Source of the DNA: Thermodesulfobacteriota bacterium
GTDB taxonomy: Bacteria; Desulfobacterota; Desulfobacteria; Desulfobacterales; SURF-7
Assembly (NCBI GenBank): GCA_049320885.1
Contig: JBMORA010000001.1
Location: 210,622-274,621, forward strand
Direction of reading: 5' to 3'
Length of the DNA: 64,000 nucleotides
Positions 23,200 through 33,166 of the stretch are shown piece by piece. The notes beneath the pieces are model-generated. The model was given only the letters and a program-made list of their open reading frames with translations, did no database searches and was not told the DNA's origin. Position 1 is the first letter of the stretch. Each line of letters begins with the position of its first letter. Position numbers and translations under genes: made by a program.

Positions 23200-25569
23200 C
23201 TAATAGGGGGCCGCAATCGACGTCCCGGCCTGCCCCAGGCCGTACAGCTCGATCATGACCCGGTATATCGCGTCGTCCTCCCTTCGCATGCCGGACACAT
23301 CAAGCCCCCAGCACTGGGTCGTATAACGCAAACCGATGCCGGTTTCAATATTTTTACCGTCCTTCAAATTCCGTTCATATTTCCCATAAGTAGAAAAACG
23401 ATCCGTCAGGATGAAATCCGCCATCATCAGGATGGATTTCGATATTTCCTCCGCCTGACGGAACTCCGCATAAATACGGTGGCCGCTCTCGGCCGTCAGC
23501 ATGACCGTCTCGCTGTGGGAATCAAAGCGCCGGGTGTATGGATCCCATCCAAGATCGACCCGCAAACCGAAAGCGGGCACGGGCTGCAACTCCAGGGTTC
23601 CCGTCACGGCCGAAAAGGGCTCGGGCTCCTCGGCGTCGCGGGCCTCGTTGATATCATAGGACTGGGATAACCGAAAATAGCAGAATTGAGAATAGGCGAA
23701 GTTCCGGGGCACCCCGGCGACCGAAGCTTCGTGGTCCGGCCGCTGCGCCGGTTCGAACGGCTTGCGGGATGTCACCATATTGGTGATGGCATACGTTATC
23801 CGGTTCTGCTTCTCGATCCGGTCAAAGGCGTCGAACTGGGGGTAGCGGCTTTGATCCTCTTCCGGAATGTAATCGTATACGATCTGCGGCCGGATGGAAT
23901 GCTTCAACCGGTCCAGGCCCCATTGGTTCATGGTAAAAATACGATAGACTTCCGTGGACAAGTCCAGTTTCAAATCATAGAGCTGTCGATGGAAGGAGGA
24001 GCGGGTCGAATCGGCGCCCTCCTCCCAGGCGTTCACCTGCCACACGGTTTCCCGCAAACCGACGGATGGCTCGAACGAAACATAATTCCGATAGGAAAGC
24101 GGCGCGTAAACTCGCGGATACATCTCCGCCCGCTGCCCCCGATCGCTGTCCTTGCTGTAAAAATAGATATATTCGGAAGAAAGATCCCAAAACAACGGAT
24201 TTGCCCCGGGCATTTGATGCTTCAGACCGGAAAACCGAAGATGGGGCAGTTCCTGCATGGTGTCGTCGGTCTGTTCCCAGCGTCTTTTCACCACATCGTC
24301 TTTCCACAGCAGATCCGCATCGAAACTGTATAGCGTCCAGGTTTTGTTCACGTTCAGCTGGTTTTTCCGCGTTGTCTGGTTGTACTCATCCAAACCCCTG
24401 CCATAGGTGCCGACAAAATATTCCTGGGTCGCCCGAAACCCGTTGTATCCGTCTTCGAATTCCAGCAGATAGTCCTGATCACTGACCAGGTCCAGGTCCA
24501 GCTTGGCTTTCACACCGTGGCCGAAATCCTGATCATGTTTCATGCGGAACCAGTAGCGGTCTGAATTCGTCCTCAGGTACGCGTCTTCCGTATATCCCCA
24601 GTCCTCGCTGGTTTCGCCGGAACCGTCGTCCACCTTTCTGTCCCGCAGCAGATCGAGCATCACGGCGCCCTTCGTTTCCTCACTGAAGACATACCGGTAT
24701 TCACTTCCGATCCGGTTCCCTCGCTCGGACATGGCGTTGACATACAGGGTGGCGTCCATATTGTCATCAATGGCCCAGAAAAAAGGCTGATTGACATCAA
24801 GCCCCTTGCGATCCGCATAGCGGATTTCCGGAATGAGCAAGCCGGTCTGGCGTTTGGTCTTGGCCGGGAAAGGCAAGATCGGCGAGTAGAACAGCGGTAT
24901 TTGCCGGCCCCATAAAGCCGCCTCATGCGCAATGCCGTATCCTTCAACGGTCACTTCCATGTCCGAACACGTCATTTTCCAGTCCGGATCATCGCCGTCA
25001 CAGGTCGTAACCGTTGCTTTCCTGGCCGTATACGTCGCCGGACCGGTTTTATTGATTTCATCCGCCCGGATATGAAAATTCGTCACCGTTGAATCGATTC
25101 CGCCTTGATAAATGGTCCCGATCTCTTTTTCCAGATCGAGTTCGACACGGTCGGCCGTCACCGTATCACCATCCATTTTCGCGGTCACATGACCGCTGGC
25201 GAAAACCCGCCTTAAGGCCCTGTCATACCGGACATAATCCGCCGTCAATTGCTGCCGCGACCCGTGGATGCTTACATTGCCACTGGCGGTATATTCATCC
25301 TTCCCCTGGTCATAACTCATTTCATCCGCTAAAATGCGCCATGAGCCTGTCTCCGGCTCTTGGCCAAAGGAAGCCCATTCCGTCAAACACACCATCAGGA
25401 CAGTCGACAGAATCAATCGGCTCAACCGGAACATCCAACGGGAGGCCGTCCGCCGAAATCGCTTCGGCTTCCGTTTCACAACAACATCCCATCCACCGCT
25501 GCCGGCGGACGATTTTTCTGTGACAAACGCTGGCATGACCCCCTGTGTTGAATCCGCGTTCAATCCCAT
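23200..25569 (-). CDS. lptD: LPS-assembly protein LptD
   Basis: OstA-like N-domain, TTCD..PDW, KRQTGLLIP, PFFWAI, C-terminal QCW and IELYGLG. Start uncertain. Confidence 0.85.
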   Translation of the reverse strand: MGLNADSTQGVMPAFVTEKSSAGSGGWDVVVKRKPKRFRRTASRWMFRLSRLILSTVLMVCLTEWASFGQEPETGSWRILADEMSYDQGKDEYTASGNVSIHGSRQQLTADYVRYDRALRRVFASGHVTAKMDGDTVTADRVELDLEKEIGTIYQGGIDSTVTNFHIRADEINKTGPATYTARKATVTTCDGDDPDWKMTCSDMEVTVEGYGIAHEAALWGRQIPLFYSPILPFPAKTKRQTGLLIPEIRYADRKGLDVNQPFFWAIDDNMDATLYVNAMSERGNRIGSEYRYVFSEETKGAVMLDLLRDRKVDDGSGETSEDWGYTEDAYLRTNSDRYWFRMKHDQDFGHGVKAKLDLDLVSDQDYLLEFEDGYNGFRATQEYFVGTYGRGLDEYNQTTRKNQLNVNKTWTLYSFDADLLWKDDVVKRRWEQTDDTMQELPHLRFSGLKHQMPGANPLFWDLSSEYIYFYSKDSDRGQRAEMYPRVYAPLSYRNYVSFEPSVGLRETVWQVNAWEEGADSTRSSFHRQLYDLKLDLSTEVYRIFTMNQWGLDRLKHSIRPQIVYDYIPEEDQSRYPQFDAFDRIEKQNRITYAITNMVTSRKPFEPAQRPDHEASVAGVPRNFAYSQFCYFRLSQSYDINEARDAEEPEPFSAVTGTLELQPVPAFGLRVDLGWDPYTRRFDSHSETVMLTAESGHRIYAEFRQAEEISKSILMMADFILTDRFSTYGKYERNLKDGKNIETGIGLRYTTQCWGLDVSGMRREDDAIYRVMIELYGLGQAGTSIAAPY

Positions 25570-25650
25570 TCAACCCATTGATACGGCATACCATCCCATC
25601 AGTCTGAAAGCGATTGGGAAGGCGCACGACCGTCGTTTACCGGATATCTC

Positions 25651-25679
25651 TTGAAGCCTTTAAAATTTTTCAGTATAAA
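25651..25679 (+). promoter_or_regulatory. Putative sigma70 promoter for surE-tmk-cysKS
   Basis: TTGAAG-17bp-TATAAA upstream of surE. Confidence 0.4.
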
Positions 25680-25786
25680 ACGGACCTGATGAGAAAAGTC
25701 AATATGTAGTTGCCGATCCGCGCGTTTCCGGCGGCCCGGCGAACCGGCGGACAAACGCCAGCCGAACCAAGGAAATATACCAGCCG

Positions 25787-26542
25787 ATGAGCATTCTCGT
25801 TACCAATGACGACGGAATTTTCGCCAAGGGTCTCTGGGCGCTGCAGGAAGCCCTGATGGATATCTGCCGGGTAACGGTAATCGCCCCGGACCGGGAACGC
25901 AGCGCCGTGGGCCACGGCATCACCCTGCATGAGCCCATCCGGGCCGACAGGATCCGCTTGAACGACAGGCATTGGGGCTATGCGGTCAGCGGCACACCGG
26001 CGGATTGTATCAAACTCGGGCTGCTGGAACTGCTGGAGGAAAAACCGGCCATTGTGGTATCCGGAATCAATCCCGGCGCCAATCTCGGTGTCAACGTCAA
26101 CTACTCGGGGACCGTCGCGGCCGCGAAGGAAGCCGCCTTGTATGGTATCCCGGCAATGGCCGTATCGATATCCAATTCCAAGCCGAATTATTATGAAGAG
26201 GTCGCCGGATTTGCCAAACGCCTGGCGGAAACAATCCTGCGGAACGGACTGCCGGTTGGGACCTTTCTGAACGTCAATTGCCCGGACATGCCCGTCAAGG
26301 ACACATCCGGTGTGCGGGTAAGCCGCCAGAACACCCGATTTTTTCAGGAGCGCATTGAAAAAAAAATGGACCCGCGCAACCGGCCCTATTACTGGCAGGG
26401 CTGCGACGGCAAACCGGACTTATCGGACCCGGACATAGACAGCGATGCGCTCTGCGGCAATTATATCTCCATCACGCCGATCAAATGCGACATGACCGAC
26501 TATGACATGCTCGAAAACCTGAGGGGATGGAAGATCGATTGA
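25787..26542 (+). CDS. surE: 5'/3'-nucleotidase SurE
   Basis: ILVTNDDG, SGTPADC, SGINPGANLG, YSGTVAAA. Confidence 0.96.
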   Translation: MSILVTNDDGIFAKGLWALQEALMDICRVTVIAPDRERSAVGHGITLHEPIRADRIRLNDRHWGYAVSGTPADCIKLGLLELLEEKPAIVVSGINPGANLGVNVNYSGTVAAAKEAALYGIPAMAVSISNSKPNYYEEVAGFAKRLAETILRNGLPVGTFLNVNCPDMPVKDTSGVRVSRQNTRFFQERIEKKMDPRNRPYYWQGCDGKPDLSDPDIDSDALCGNYISITPIKCDMTDYDMLENLRGWKID

Positions 26543-26543
26543 C

Positions 26544-27188
26544 ATGCTGATCACACTGGAAGGAATAGAAGGCTCCGGCAAAAGTACCCAGGTGCGACAC
26601 CTGGTTGATTTTATGCGGGAGATGGGCTATGAGTGTCTGGTCACCAGAGAGCCCGGCGGAACCAGGCTCGGGCAAAAAATCCGTACGATTTTATTGGATC
26701 CGGCAAATACCGATGTGGAGCCGCTGGCGGAGCTGCTGTTGTATGCCGCCGACCGCGCCCAGCATATCCAACAGATCATATCTCCGGCCTTGGCCAAAGG
26801 GATGACGGTCATATGCGACCGTTTCTGTGATGCGACCACCGTCTACCAGGGGTATGCCCGGGGTCTGGACCTAGGAACCATCGACCAGCTGCATCGGATC
26901 GTGCTGAATGGTCTCATCCCAGACCTGACATTGCTGTTCGATCTGCCGGTGGAGATAGGTCTGTCGCGGGCGTTTTCCGCCGTCGGCAGTGGTGACCGCA
27001 GGGAGTCCGAAACCCGGTTCGAACAGGAAGCCCTCGCCTTTCATGAACGGGTGCGGAACGGCTATCTGAGCCTTGCCCGGCTGAACCCGGAACGGTTCCG
27101 GATTCTGAATGCCGCCAGGGCGGAAACCGACGTCCGACATCAAATGATCCATGTCGTCCGGCAGCATGCGGGACGAGCATCCGGATGA
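26544..27188 (+). CDS. tmk: Thymidylate kinase
   Basis: EGIEGSGKST, TREPGG, ADRAQH, CDRF, YQG. Confidence 0.96.
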   Translation: MLITLEGIEGSGKSTQVRHLVDFMREMGYECLVTREPGGTRLGQKIRTILLDPANTDVEPLAELLLYAADRAQHIQQIISPALAKGMTVICDRFCDATTVYQGYARGLDLGTIDQLHRIVLNGLIPDLTLLFDLPVEIGLSRAFSAVGSGDRRESETRFEQEALAFHERVRNGYLSLARLNPERFRILNAARAETDVRHQMIHVVRQHAGRASG

Positions 27189-27222
27189 TATCAATTGCTA
27201 CTGATATGACAGTCAGGAAACC

Positions 27223-29502
27223 GTGATGAGTTTTTCGATTCTGGACACGATCGGCCGGACACCGCTGATCGAAATCAAACGTTTGAACCCCAACCCGAAG
27301 GTTCGGATTCTGGCCAAGCTGGAGTATGTCAACCCCGGCGGTTCCATCAAGGATCGGGCCGCGCTTTACATGATCAACGCAGGAGAAGCCTCCGGCGAAC
27401 TCACCCCTGACAAAACGGTTCTCGAAGCCACCAGCGGCAATACCGGCATCGGTCTCGCCCTGGTCTGCGCGGTCAAAGGCTACCGGCTGTTGCTGGCCAT
27501 GTCCGAAGCCGTCAGCCAGGAACGGCAAAAAATATTGAAGGCCAGGGGAGCGGACATCCTCCTGACACCGGGCCATCTGGGCACCGACGGCGCCATTGAG
27601 GAGGTGTACCGTCTGGCGCGGGAAAACCCCAAGGCCTATTTCATGACGGACCAATTCAACAATCCGGCCAACTGGCAGGCGCATTACGAAGGCACGGGGC
27701 CGGAAATCTGGGAGCAGACCAACGGCACCATCACCACCCTGGTGGCCACCATGGGAACCACCGGAACCCTCATGGGACTTTCCCGCCGCTTGAAGGAATA
27801 TAACCCGGATATCACCATCGTCGGTGTGGAGCCGTATCTGGGGCATAAACTTCAGGGCCTCAAAAATATGAAGGAAGCCTACCGTCCTGGAATTTTTGAA
27901 AAAAAACGACTCGACAAGAATCCGCATATCGATGATGAGGAAGCCTTTGAGATGACCCGGAGGCTGGCCAGGGAGGAAGGCCTTTTCGTGGGCATGAGCA
28001 GTGGAGCCGCCATGGTGCTGGCGGCCAAGGAAGCCGAGGCCATGACGGAAGGGACCATCGTCGTCATGTTTCCGGACAGCGGGGAACGCTATTTGAGCAC
28101 TTCGCTTTTCACCGTGCGGGAACAAGTGGAATTGACCTTGTTCAACACCATGACCCGCACCAAGGAAATCTTCGTTCCGGCCATACCGGGCAAGGTCTCC
28201 ATGTACACCTGCGGTCCCACGGCCCACGCCCCGATTCATATCGGCGAATGCCGCCGTTTCGTTTTTTCCGACCTTCTATCCCGCTATCTGGATTTTCGGG
28301 GTTACGAAGTGCGGCACATCATGAACATCACCGATCTGGACGATAAAACCATCCAGGGATCCGAAAAAGCCGGCGAGGGGCTCACCGATTTCACGGAAAA
28401 ACACATCCGCCGGTTTGACCAGGATCTGGCCGAGCTGAATGTCAAGCCAGCGGATGAATATCCCAGGGCCAGTCGTCATCTGGAAGATATGGTGGCCCTG
28501 GCCGGGAAGCTGGTTGAAAAGGGATATGCGTATGAAAAACTGCGTTCCCTGTATTTCAATATTTCCCGTTATTCGGATTACGGACGCTTGTCGCACATCG
28601 ATATTAATAAGGTGAGACTGGGCGCGACGGTGGATCTGGATGAATATGAAAAAGACAACCCCAGGGATTTCACGCTGTTCAAACGATCCAAGCTTTCGGA
28701 GCTGAAACGCGGTATCTACGTGAAATCGGACTGGGGAAACGTCCGACCCTCCTGGCATATCCAATGCGCGGCCATGTCCATGAAATACCTTGGGGAAAGC
28801 TTCGACATCCATACCAGCGCCCAGGAACTCATTTTCCCCCATCATGAAAACGTGCTGGCCACCGCCAGGGCTGTCACCGGGAAGCCCCTGGCCCGTTATT
28901 GGATCCACAGCGAGAGAATCCTGGTGGACGGTAAGAAGGTGGATGAAAAAGGGACTCGCCCGACACTGGACAATATCCGTCAGATGGGCTATACCGGCCG
29001 GGAAATCCGGTACTGGCTGCTTTCCAGCCACTACCGCAAACCCCTGATCTTCTCTCTCGACCGGCTGGAGGGCGCCCGGCAGGCGTTGAAACGTCTCGAC
29101 ACCTGCGTGCGGCGGCTGTTTGCGGTGCAGGCGGGAAAGTCCGTGACCGAATTGGATCAGCTGCGCTATGATATCAAACAGGGATTTGTCAGCGCCATGG
29201 ATGACGATCTGAACACCTCGGCGGCGCTGGCGGCTCTTTTTAAAAATATACGCAAAATCAATTTATTGCTGCAGAACGGTCACATCAACGCCCCCGATGC
29301 GGAAAAAATCATCGAAACATTTCGCGGCATCGACGAGGTACTGAAAATTTTCGATTTCAGCAACATGTATGCGGATTCGGAAATTCAGCGGATGCTCCAG
29401 GCCAGGGACAAAGCCCGCCTGGAAAAAAACTGGCAACTGGCCGATAAAATCCGCCAATCCCTGATCGAACACGGCATTGCCGTGCACGACACCAAAAGCT
29501 GA
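27223..29502 (+). CDS. cysS: Cysteine synthase (CysK/CysM) fused to cysteinyl-tRNA synthetase
   Basis: N-term NPGGSIKDR, EATSGNTG, GTTGT, GMSSGA, DSGERYLST. C-term YTCGPT, HIGE, NITDLDDK, RPSWHIQC, FPHHEN, HYRKPL. Confidence 0.88.
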   Translation: MMSFSILDTIGRTPLIEIKRLNPNPKVRILAKLEYVNPGGSIKDRAALYMINAGEASGELTPDKTVLEATSGNTGIGLALVCAVKGYRLLLAMSEAVSQERQKILKARGADILLTPGHLGTDGAIEEVYRLARENPKAYFMTDQFNNPANWQAHYEGTGPEIWEQTNGTITTLVATMGTTGTLMGLSRRLKEYNPDITIVGVEPYLGHKLQGLKNMKEAYRPGIFEKKRLDKNPHIDDEEAFEMTRRLAREEGLFVGMSSGAAMVLAAKEAEAMTEGTIVVMFPDSGERYLSTSLFTVREQVELTLFNTMTRTKEIFVPAIPGKVSMYTCGPTAHAPIHIGECRRFVFSDLLSRYLDFRGYEVRHIMNITDLDDKTIQGSEKAGEGLTDFTEKHIRRFDQDLAELNVKPADEYPRASRHLEDMVALAGKLVEKGYAYEKLRSLYFNISRYSDYGRLSHIDINKVRLGATVDLDEYEKDNPRDFTLFKRSKLSELKRGIYVKSDWGNVRPSWHIQCAAMSMKYLGESFDIHTSAQELIFPHHENVLATARAVTGKPLARYWIHSERILVDGKKVDEKGTRPTLDNIRQMGYTGREIRYWLLSSHYRKPLIFSLDRLEGARQALKRLDTCVRRLFAVQAGKSVTELDQLRYDIKQGFVSAMDDDLNTSAALAALFKNIRKINLLLQNGHINAPDAEKIIETFRGIDEVLKIFDFSNMYADSEIQRMLQARDKARLEKNWQLADKIRQSLIEHGIAVHDTKS

Positions 29503-29538
29503 AATGACGTCCGGACGGTTTTTCAACAAAAGGTTTCC

Positions 29539-30516
29539 ATGACACCGGTTTACTTCCCGTTTACAGCCATTTCGCCGGAAAAGGCAGCCCTGCTCGCTTC
29601 CTGTTTTGACCGGATCGCCGTATATCGACCCGCGACCCCGAAGGACGGGGAAAACAACCCCGCGGGCGTTGAGATCCGGGTTCCCATCCATCAAGACGAG
29701 GAACGTTTCGAGAACTTGTATAAATCCTTCCGGGAATGGGGGCTTCTCCATCGGCCGGAAGATTTTTCCATTTTAAAACCCATGCACCAGGACACCGTCC
29801 GTTTGATCAATGAGGAAACGGTTTCGCAAATCCGAAGTTCCCTGGGGCAGCATGGGCAGTCGGAAGCAAACGAGAAAGAGGATGTCCTGCTCCAGGCCCG
29901 GGTTTTTCTTCAGCTCGCCCGGGAATTCGACCGGCAGCAGGAAGAAATCGGCAAAGGAATGCAAACCGCGGAATGGTTGGAACGGAAGATGGTGTGTGGT
30001 CTTCTGGGCAATGCGGCCCCCGAATCCGCCGCCGCCGGTTCCGCCGCCTGCGATCCGGGCGCTTATATGACCAGGCAGCGTCTGGCCGCCTGGTCATGCC
30101 TGCTGAACAGGGATACCCGCAATCCGGTCCTGTTCCTTACCGACAGCCGTGCGGTTCTGGATTATCTGCTTGAAAACGCATCGGCGATGAAACCCGTGGC
30201 CACGGTGTCCATAAAGCCGCCGGAAGCGGAGCCAACCCAGCCGGAATGTCATCAGCGCCAAGCAATCCGGGAGATCCTGCAGCGCTTCCTGAATACACCG
30301 TCCGATGCACCCGTGGAGGAGGTTTCCCTGCCGACTTCGATGCCGCAGGACGAAGAATGGATCAAGATGGAATTGTTTCGGATCGCCGGAACCGACCCAC
30401 AGCATTTTTTCAAGCAGTTCACCGGCCCGTATGCGGTGGAAGAAACGCCCTCTGAAAACCCGCAACCCTTTTCCGCCACCCTGATCGGTTTCATTACCAT
30501 GGAACGGGCGTTTTGA
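29539..30516 (+). CDS. Hypothetical protein
   Basis: 325-aa ORF co-oriented in the operon, RBS AAGG, no recognisable motif. Confidence 0.7.
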   Translation: MTPVYFPFTAISPEKAALLASCFDRIAVYRPATPKDGENNPAGVEIRVPIHQDEERFENLYKSFREWGLLHRPEDFSILKPMHQDTVRLINEETVSQIRSSLGQHGQSEANEKEDVLLQARVFLQLAREFDRQQEEIGKGMQTAEWLERKMVCGLLGNAAPESAAAGSAACDPGAYMTRQRLAAWSCLLNRDTRNPVLFLTDSRAVLDYLLENASAMKPVATVSIKPPEAEPTQPECHQRQAIREILQRFLNTPSDAPVEEVSLPTSMPQDEEWIKMELFRIAGTDPQHFFKQFTGPYAVEETPSENPQPFSATLIGFITMERAF

Positions 30517-30713
30517 TGCCGCCTGCCCGCTCGCCGAAACCGGTCGGGTTTGTCCGGGAAGGAACTCCGAATTACCGGTTGACCTGGTAAAAAAGAAAGA
30601 AGAGGCTTGACTCGCTCCCTCAATTATATTAAGCAAATTTTTCCGACTGTTTTCACACATGGGCGGTGATGCCCGTTTTTACACAATTGAATTCTTTTAA
30701 AGGAGGCTTATCA

Positions 30714-30902
30714 ATGGCTTTTAATCCAGTTGTTGACGCAGACAAATGTCAGGGTTGTGAGGAATGTGTCGATGTTTGCCCTGTGGAAGTATTCGAAATG
30801 CAGGACGGGAAATCCGTGCCAGTGAATGCAGATGAATGCCTTGGCTGCGAAAGCTGCGTGGAAGTATGTGAAGAAGATGCGATCACAGTGGAGGAATCAT
30901 AA
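30714..30902 (+). CDS. 2x[4Fe-4S] ferredoxin
   Basis: CQGCEECVDVCP and CLGCESCVEVC. RBS AAGGAGG. Confidence 0.95.
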   Translation: MAFNPVVDADKCQGCEECVDVCPVEVFEMQDGKSVPVNADECLGCESCVEVCEEDAITVEES

Positions 30903-31096
30903 ACCCTTCGCTTTAACAATCAGTCTTTACGCATGAATCCGCCGTTACCGGAATTCTTCGGGGCGGTTCGGCATAACCACAAGACCGATTGGCGGAATTT
31001 CCAAGCCCCCGGCATATCGATATGCATATCCGGGGGCTTGCATTTTCCTGCCGTCCTCCGGTTGTTTCCATCCACCACCGGGTGGTTCCTGGGAAA

Positions 31097-32380
31097 ATGA
31101 AATCATCCCGCTTTCCCCATGTTCCTGCTTATCCCCGCTTCGCCATGGTCCGGCAGCGTCTGCATGCCGCCGCCGTGAAGGATATCGCCGCATCCGTCCG
31201 GCATGCCGTGGCCGGTTTTGCGGAAACAACCCGGATTGCGCCGGGAGGCTCGGTGGCGGTCGCCGTCGGCAGCCGGGGAATCCATGGCATCGACCAGGTC
31301 GTCCGGCATTGCATCCGCGCCTTGATCCGGAGCGGGCTTGCGCCGTATATCGTCCCGGCCATGGGAAGTCATGGCGGGGCAACTCCCCAAGGCCAGGCGG
31401 CCGTGCTGGAGAAATACGGAATAACCGAGGCGGCCATGGGGGTTCCCATCCGCCCGGAGATGGAAACCGTGGCGGTCCATGACCTTGACGGCCTGCCGCT
31501 CCATGTGGCCCGGACCGCCATGGAAGCCGACCACCTGGTTATGATCAACCGCATCAAGCCCCATACCAAATTCACGGCCCCCATTGAAAGCGGGCTCTGC
31601 AAAATGCTGACCGTCGGGCTCGGCAAGGTTGAAGGCGCGGCGGCATTTCATCGTCATGCGGTGAAACACGGTTTCCGGATCATCGAGACAGCCGCCCGGC
31701 GGTTGCTGAAACAATCGAATCTGCTTTTCGGCTTGGCGCTGCTGGAAGACGGCTACGGCCGGCTGGCCCATGTGGAGGCCCTGCCGCCGTCCATCCTGGT
31801 GGAACGGGAAAGGGAACTCCTGCAAAAAGCCTATTCCTGGATGGGGAAAATCCCCTTCGACCCCGTCGACATCCTGGTCATCGATTATATCGGCAAGGAC
31901 ATCAGCGGCATCGGCATGGATTCCAACGTCACCGGCCGGCACCGGGACATCACCGGCGATTTTTTCAGCCCGCCCCATCCCGGCAGAATCTTCGTCCGGG
32001 ACCTCTCGCCCCTGTCGGACGGCAATGGGAACGGCATCGGGCTGGCGGACATCACCACCACCCGTCTGGTCAACTCCCTGGACCGGGAAAAGACCGTCGC
32101 CAACGCCGTTGCCGCCATTTCCCCGGAGAAGGCCGCCGTCCCCATCCATTTCGACACGGACCGGGAGGCCCTGGACGTCTGCCTGCAAACCATCGGCCGG
32201 CCGCCTGTGGACACCCTCCGCATCGTCCGGATCAAAAACACCGCCAGCCTGCACCTGCTGCAGGTCTCCGAATCCCTTGGGCCATGGATCGACACCAACC
32301 CGGACCTGGAACGGCTGACCGGCTGGGAGTCCCTGGAATTCGACAGAAACGGAAACCTGACGCCTTTTCCGGAGTCCTGA
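31097..32380 (+). CDS. LarA/DUF2088-DUF362-like domain protein
   Basis: VAVAVGSRGI, PAMGSHGGAT, NRIKPHT, ESGLCKM, GKDISGIGMD, GNGNGIGLAD. Confidence 0.7.
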   Translation: MKSSRFPHVPAYPRFAMVRQRLHAAAVKDIAASVRHAVAGFAETTRIAPGGSVAVAVGSRGIHGIDQVVRHCIRALIRSGLAPYIVPAMGSHGGATPQGQAAVLEKYGITEAAMGVPIRPEMETVAVHDLDGLPLHVARTAMEADHLVMINRIKPHTKFTAPIESGLCKMLTVGLGKVEGAAAFHRHAVKHGFRIIETAARRLLKQSNLLFGLALLEDGYGRLAHVEALPPSILVERERELLQKAYSWMGKIPFDPVDILVIDYIGKDISGIGMDSNVTGRHRDITGDFFSPPHPGRIFVRDLSPLSDGNGNGIGLADITTTRLVNSLDREKTVANAVAAISPEKAAVPIHFDTDREALDVCLQTIGRPPVDTLRIVRIKNTASLHLLQVSESLGPWIDTNPDLERLTGWESLEFDRNGNLTPFPES

Positions 32381-32520
32381 GCTTCGGTGGATCTAAGCCT
32401 ACTCACCTTTATGAAACGAGTGCGCCGACAACTATGTAATTCGTTACACAAACGAATTGTCTGTAACTCCCGGGAAAAGGCAACCACCCGTCGATACGGC
32501 ATTTTCATGAACACGCCGAT

Positions 32521-32537
32521 TTGGCATACAGATTGCT
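32521..32537 (+). promoter_or_regulatory. sigma54 (-24/-12) promoter
   Basis: TTGGCATACAGATTGCT matches TGGCAY-N5-TTGCW, about 60 bp before the PilZ gene. Confidence 0.75.
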
Positions 32538-32597
32538 TTTCACCCAAAATATAAAAAACGACGAACCCAATCGACAACGGTTACCTGGAGTTTCAAG

Positions 32598-33149
32598 ATG
32601 ATGATATTCAGAAAAAAAAGAACGGAAAAACAACCAGGATCATCTGATCAAGGGAAAACCAATGATCTGCGCCGGCAACCACAACTGTTGAAACCGGATG
32701 CGGTTCTGCAAAATTTCCGGGAAGTGTCCGACTACCGCATTCCCGCCGCCTTGAAACGGCTGGAAACAACCCCGGTCTGCCAGCCGAACAACATATCCGT
32801 ATTCCGGGAAAAACGAAGCGCCACCCGGGTCGCCACCTTTCTGACAGGCGGCTACCGGACCGTGGAAAAAGGGTACAGAGGCCTGATCAGCATCGAGAAT
32901 ATGTCCCGCACCGGTATGCGGGTCAAACTGAATGCCCGCCGTCTCCTGCACATCAACGATCGGCTGATCGTCACCTTCAATCTGGACAACATCATCCATC
33001 TGCCGATTCAACGGGAAGTCCTGATCAAACACACCGATGACATCCATCTGGGGGTTGAATTCTGCGGCGACGAGTTGTACGATGGCCTCCATCTGTATCT
33101 TGGAGATGACTTCCGGGGAACCCATCCATTCGATGAAGCGTTGAACTGA
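32598..33149 (+). CDS. PilZ-domain protein
   Basis: EKRSATR (RxxxR), NMSRTG (D/NxSxxG), LGVEF. Confidence 0.8.
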   Translation: MMIFRKKRTEKQPGSSDQGKTNDLRRQPQLLKPDAVLQNFREVSDYRIPAALKRLETTPVCQPNNISVFREKRSATRVATFLTGGYRTVEKGYRGLISIENMSRTGMRVKLNARRLLHINDRLIVTFNLDNIIHLPIQREVLIKHTDDIHLGVEFCGDELYDGLHLYLGDDFRGTHPFDEALN

Positions 33150-33166
33150 AGAGAACCGGTTACAGC

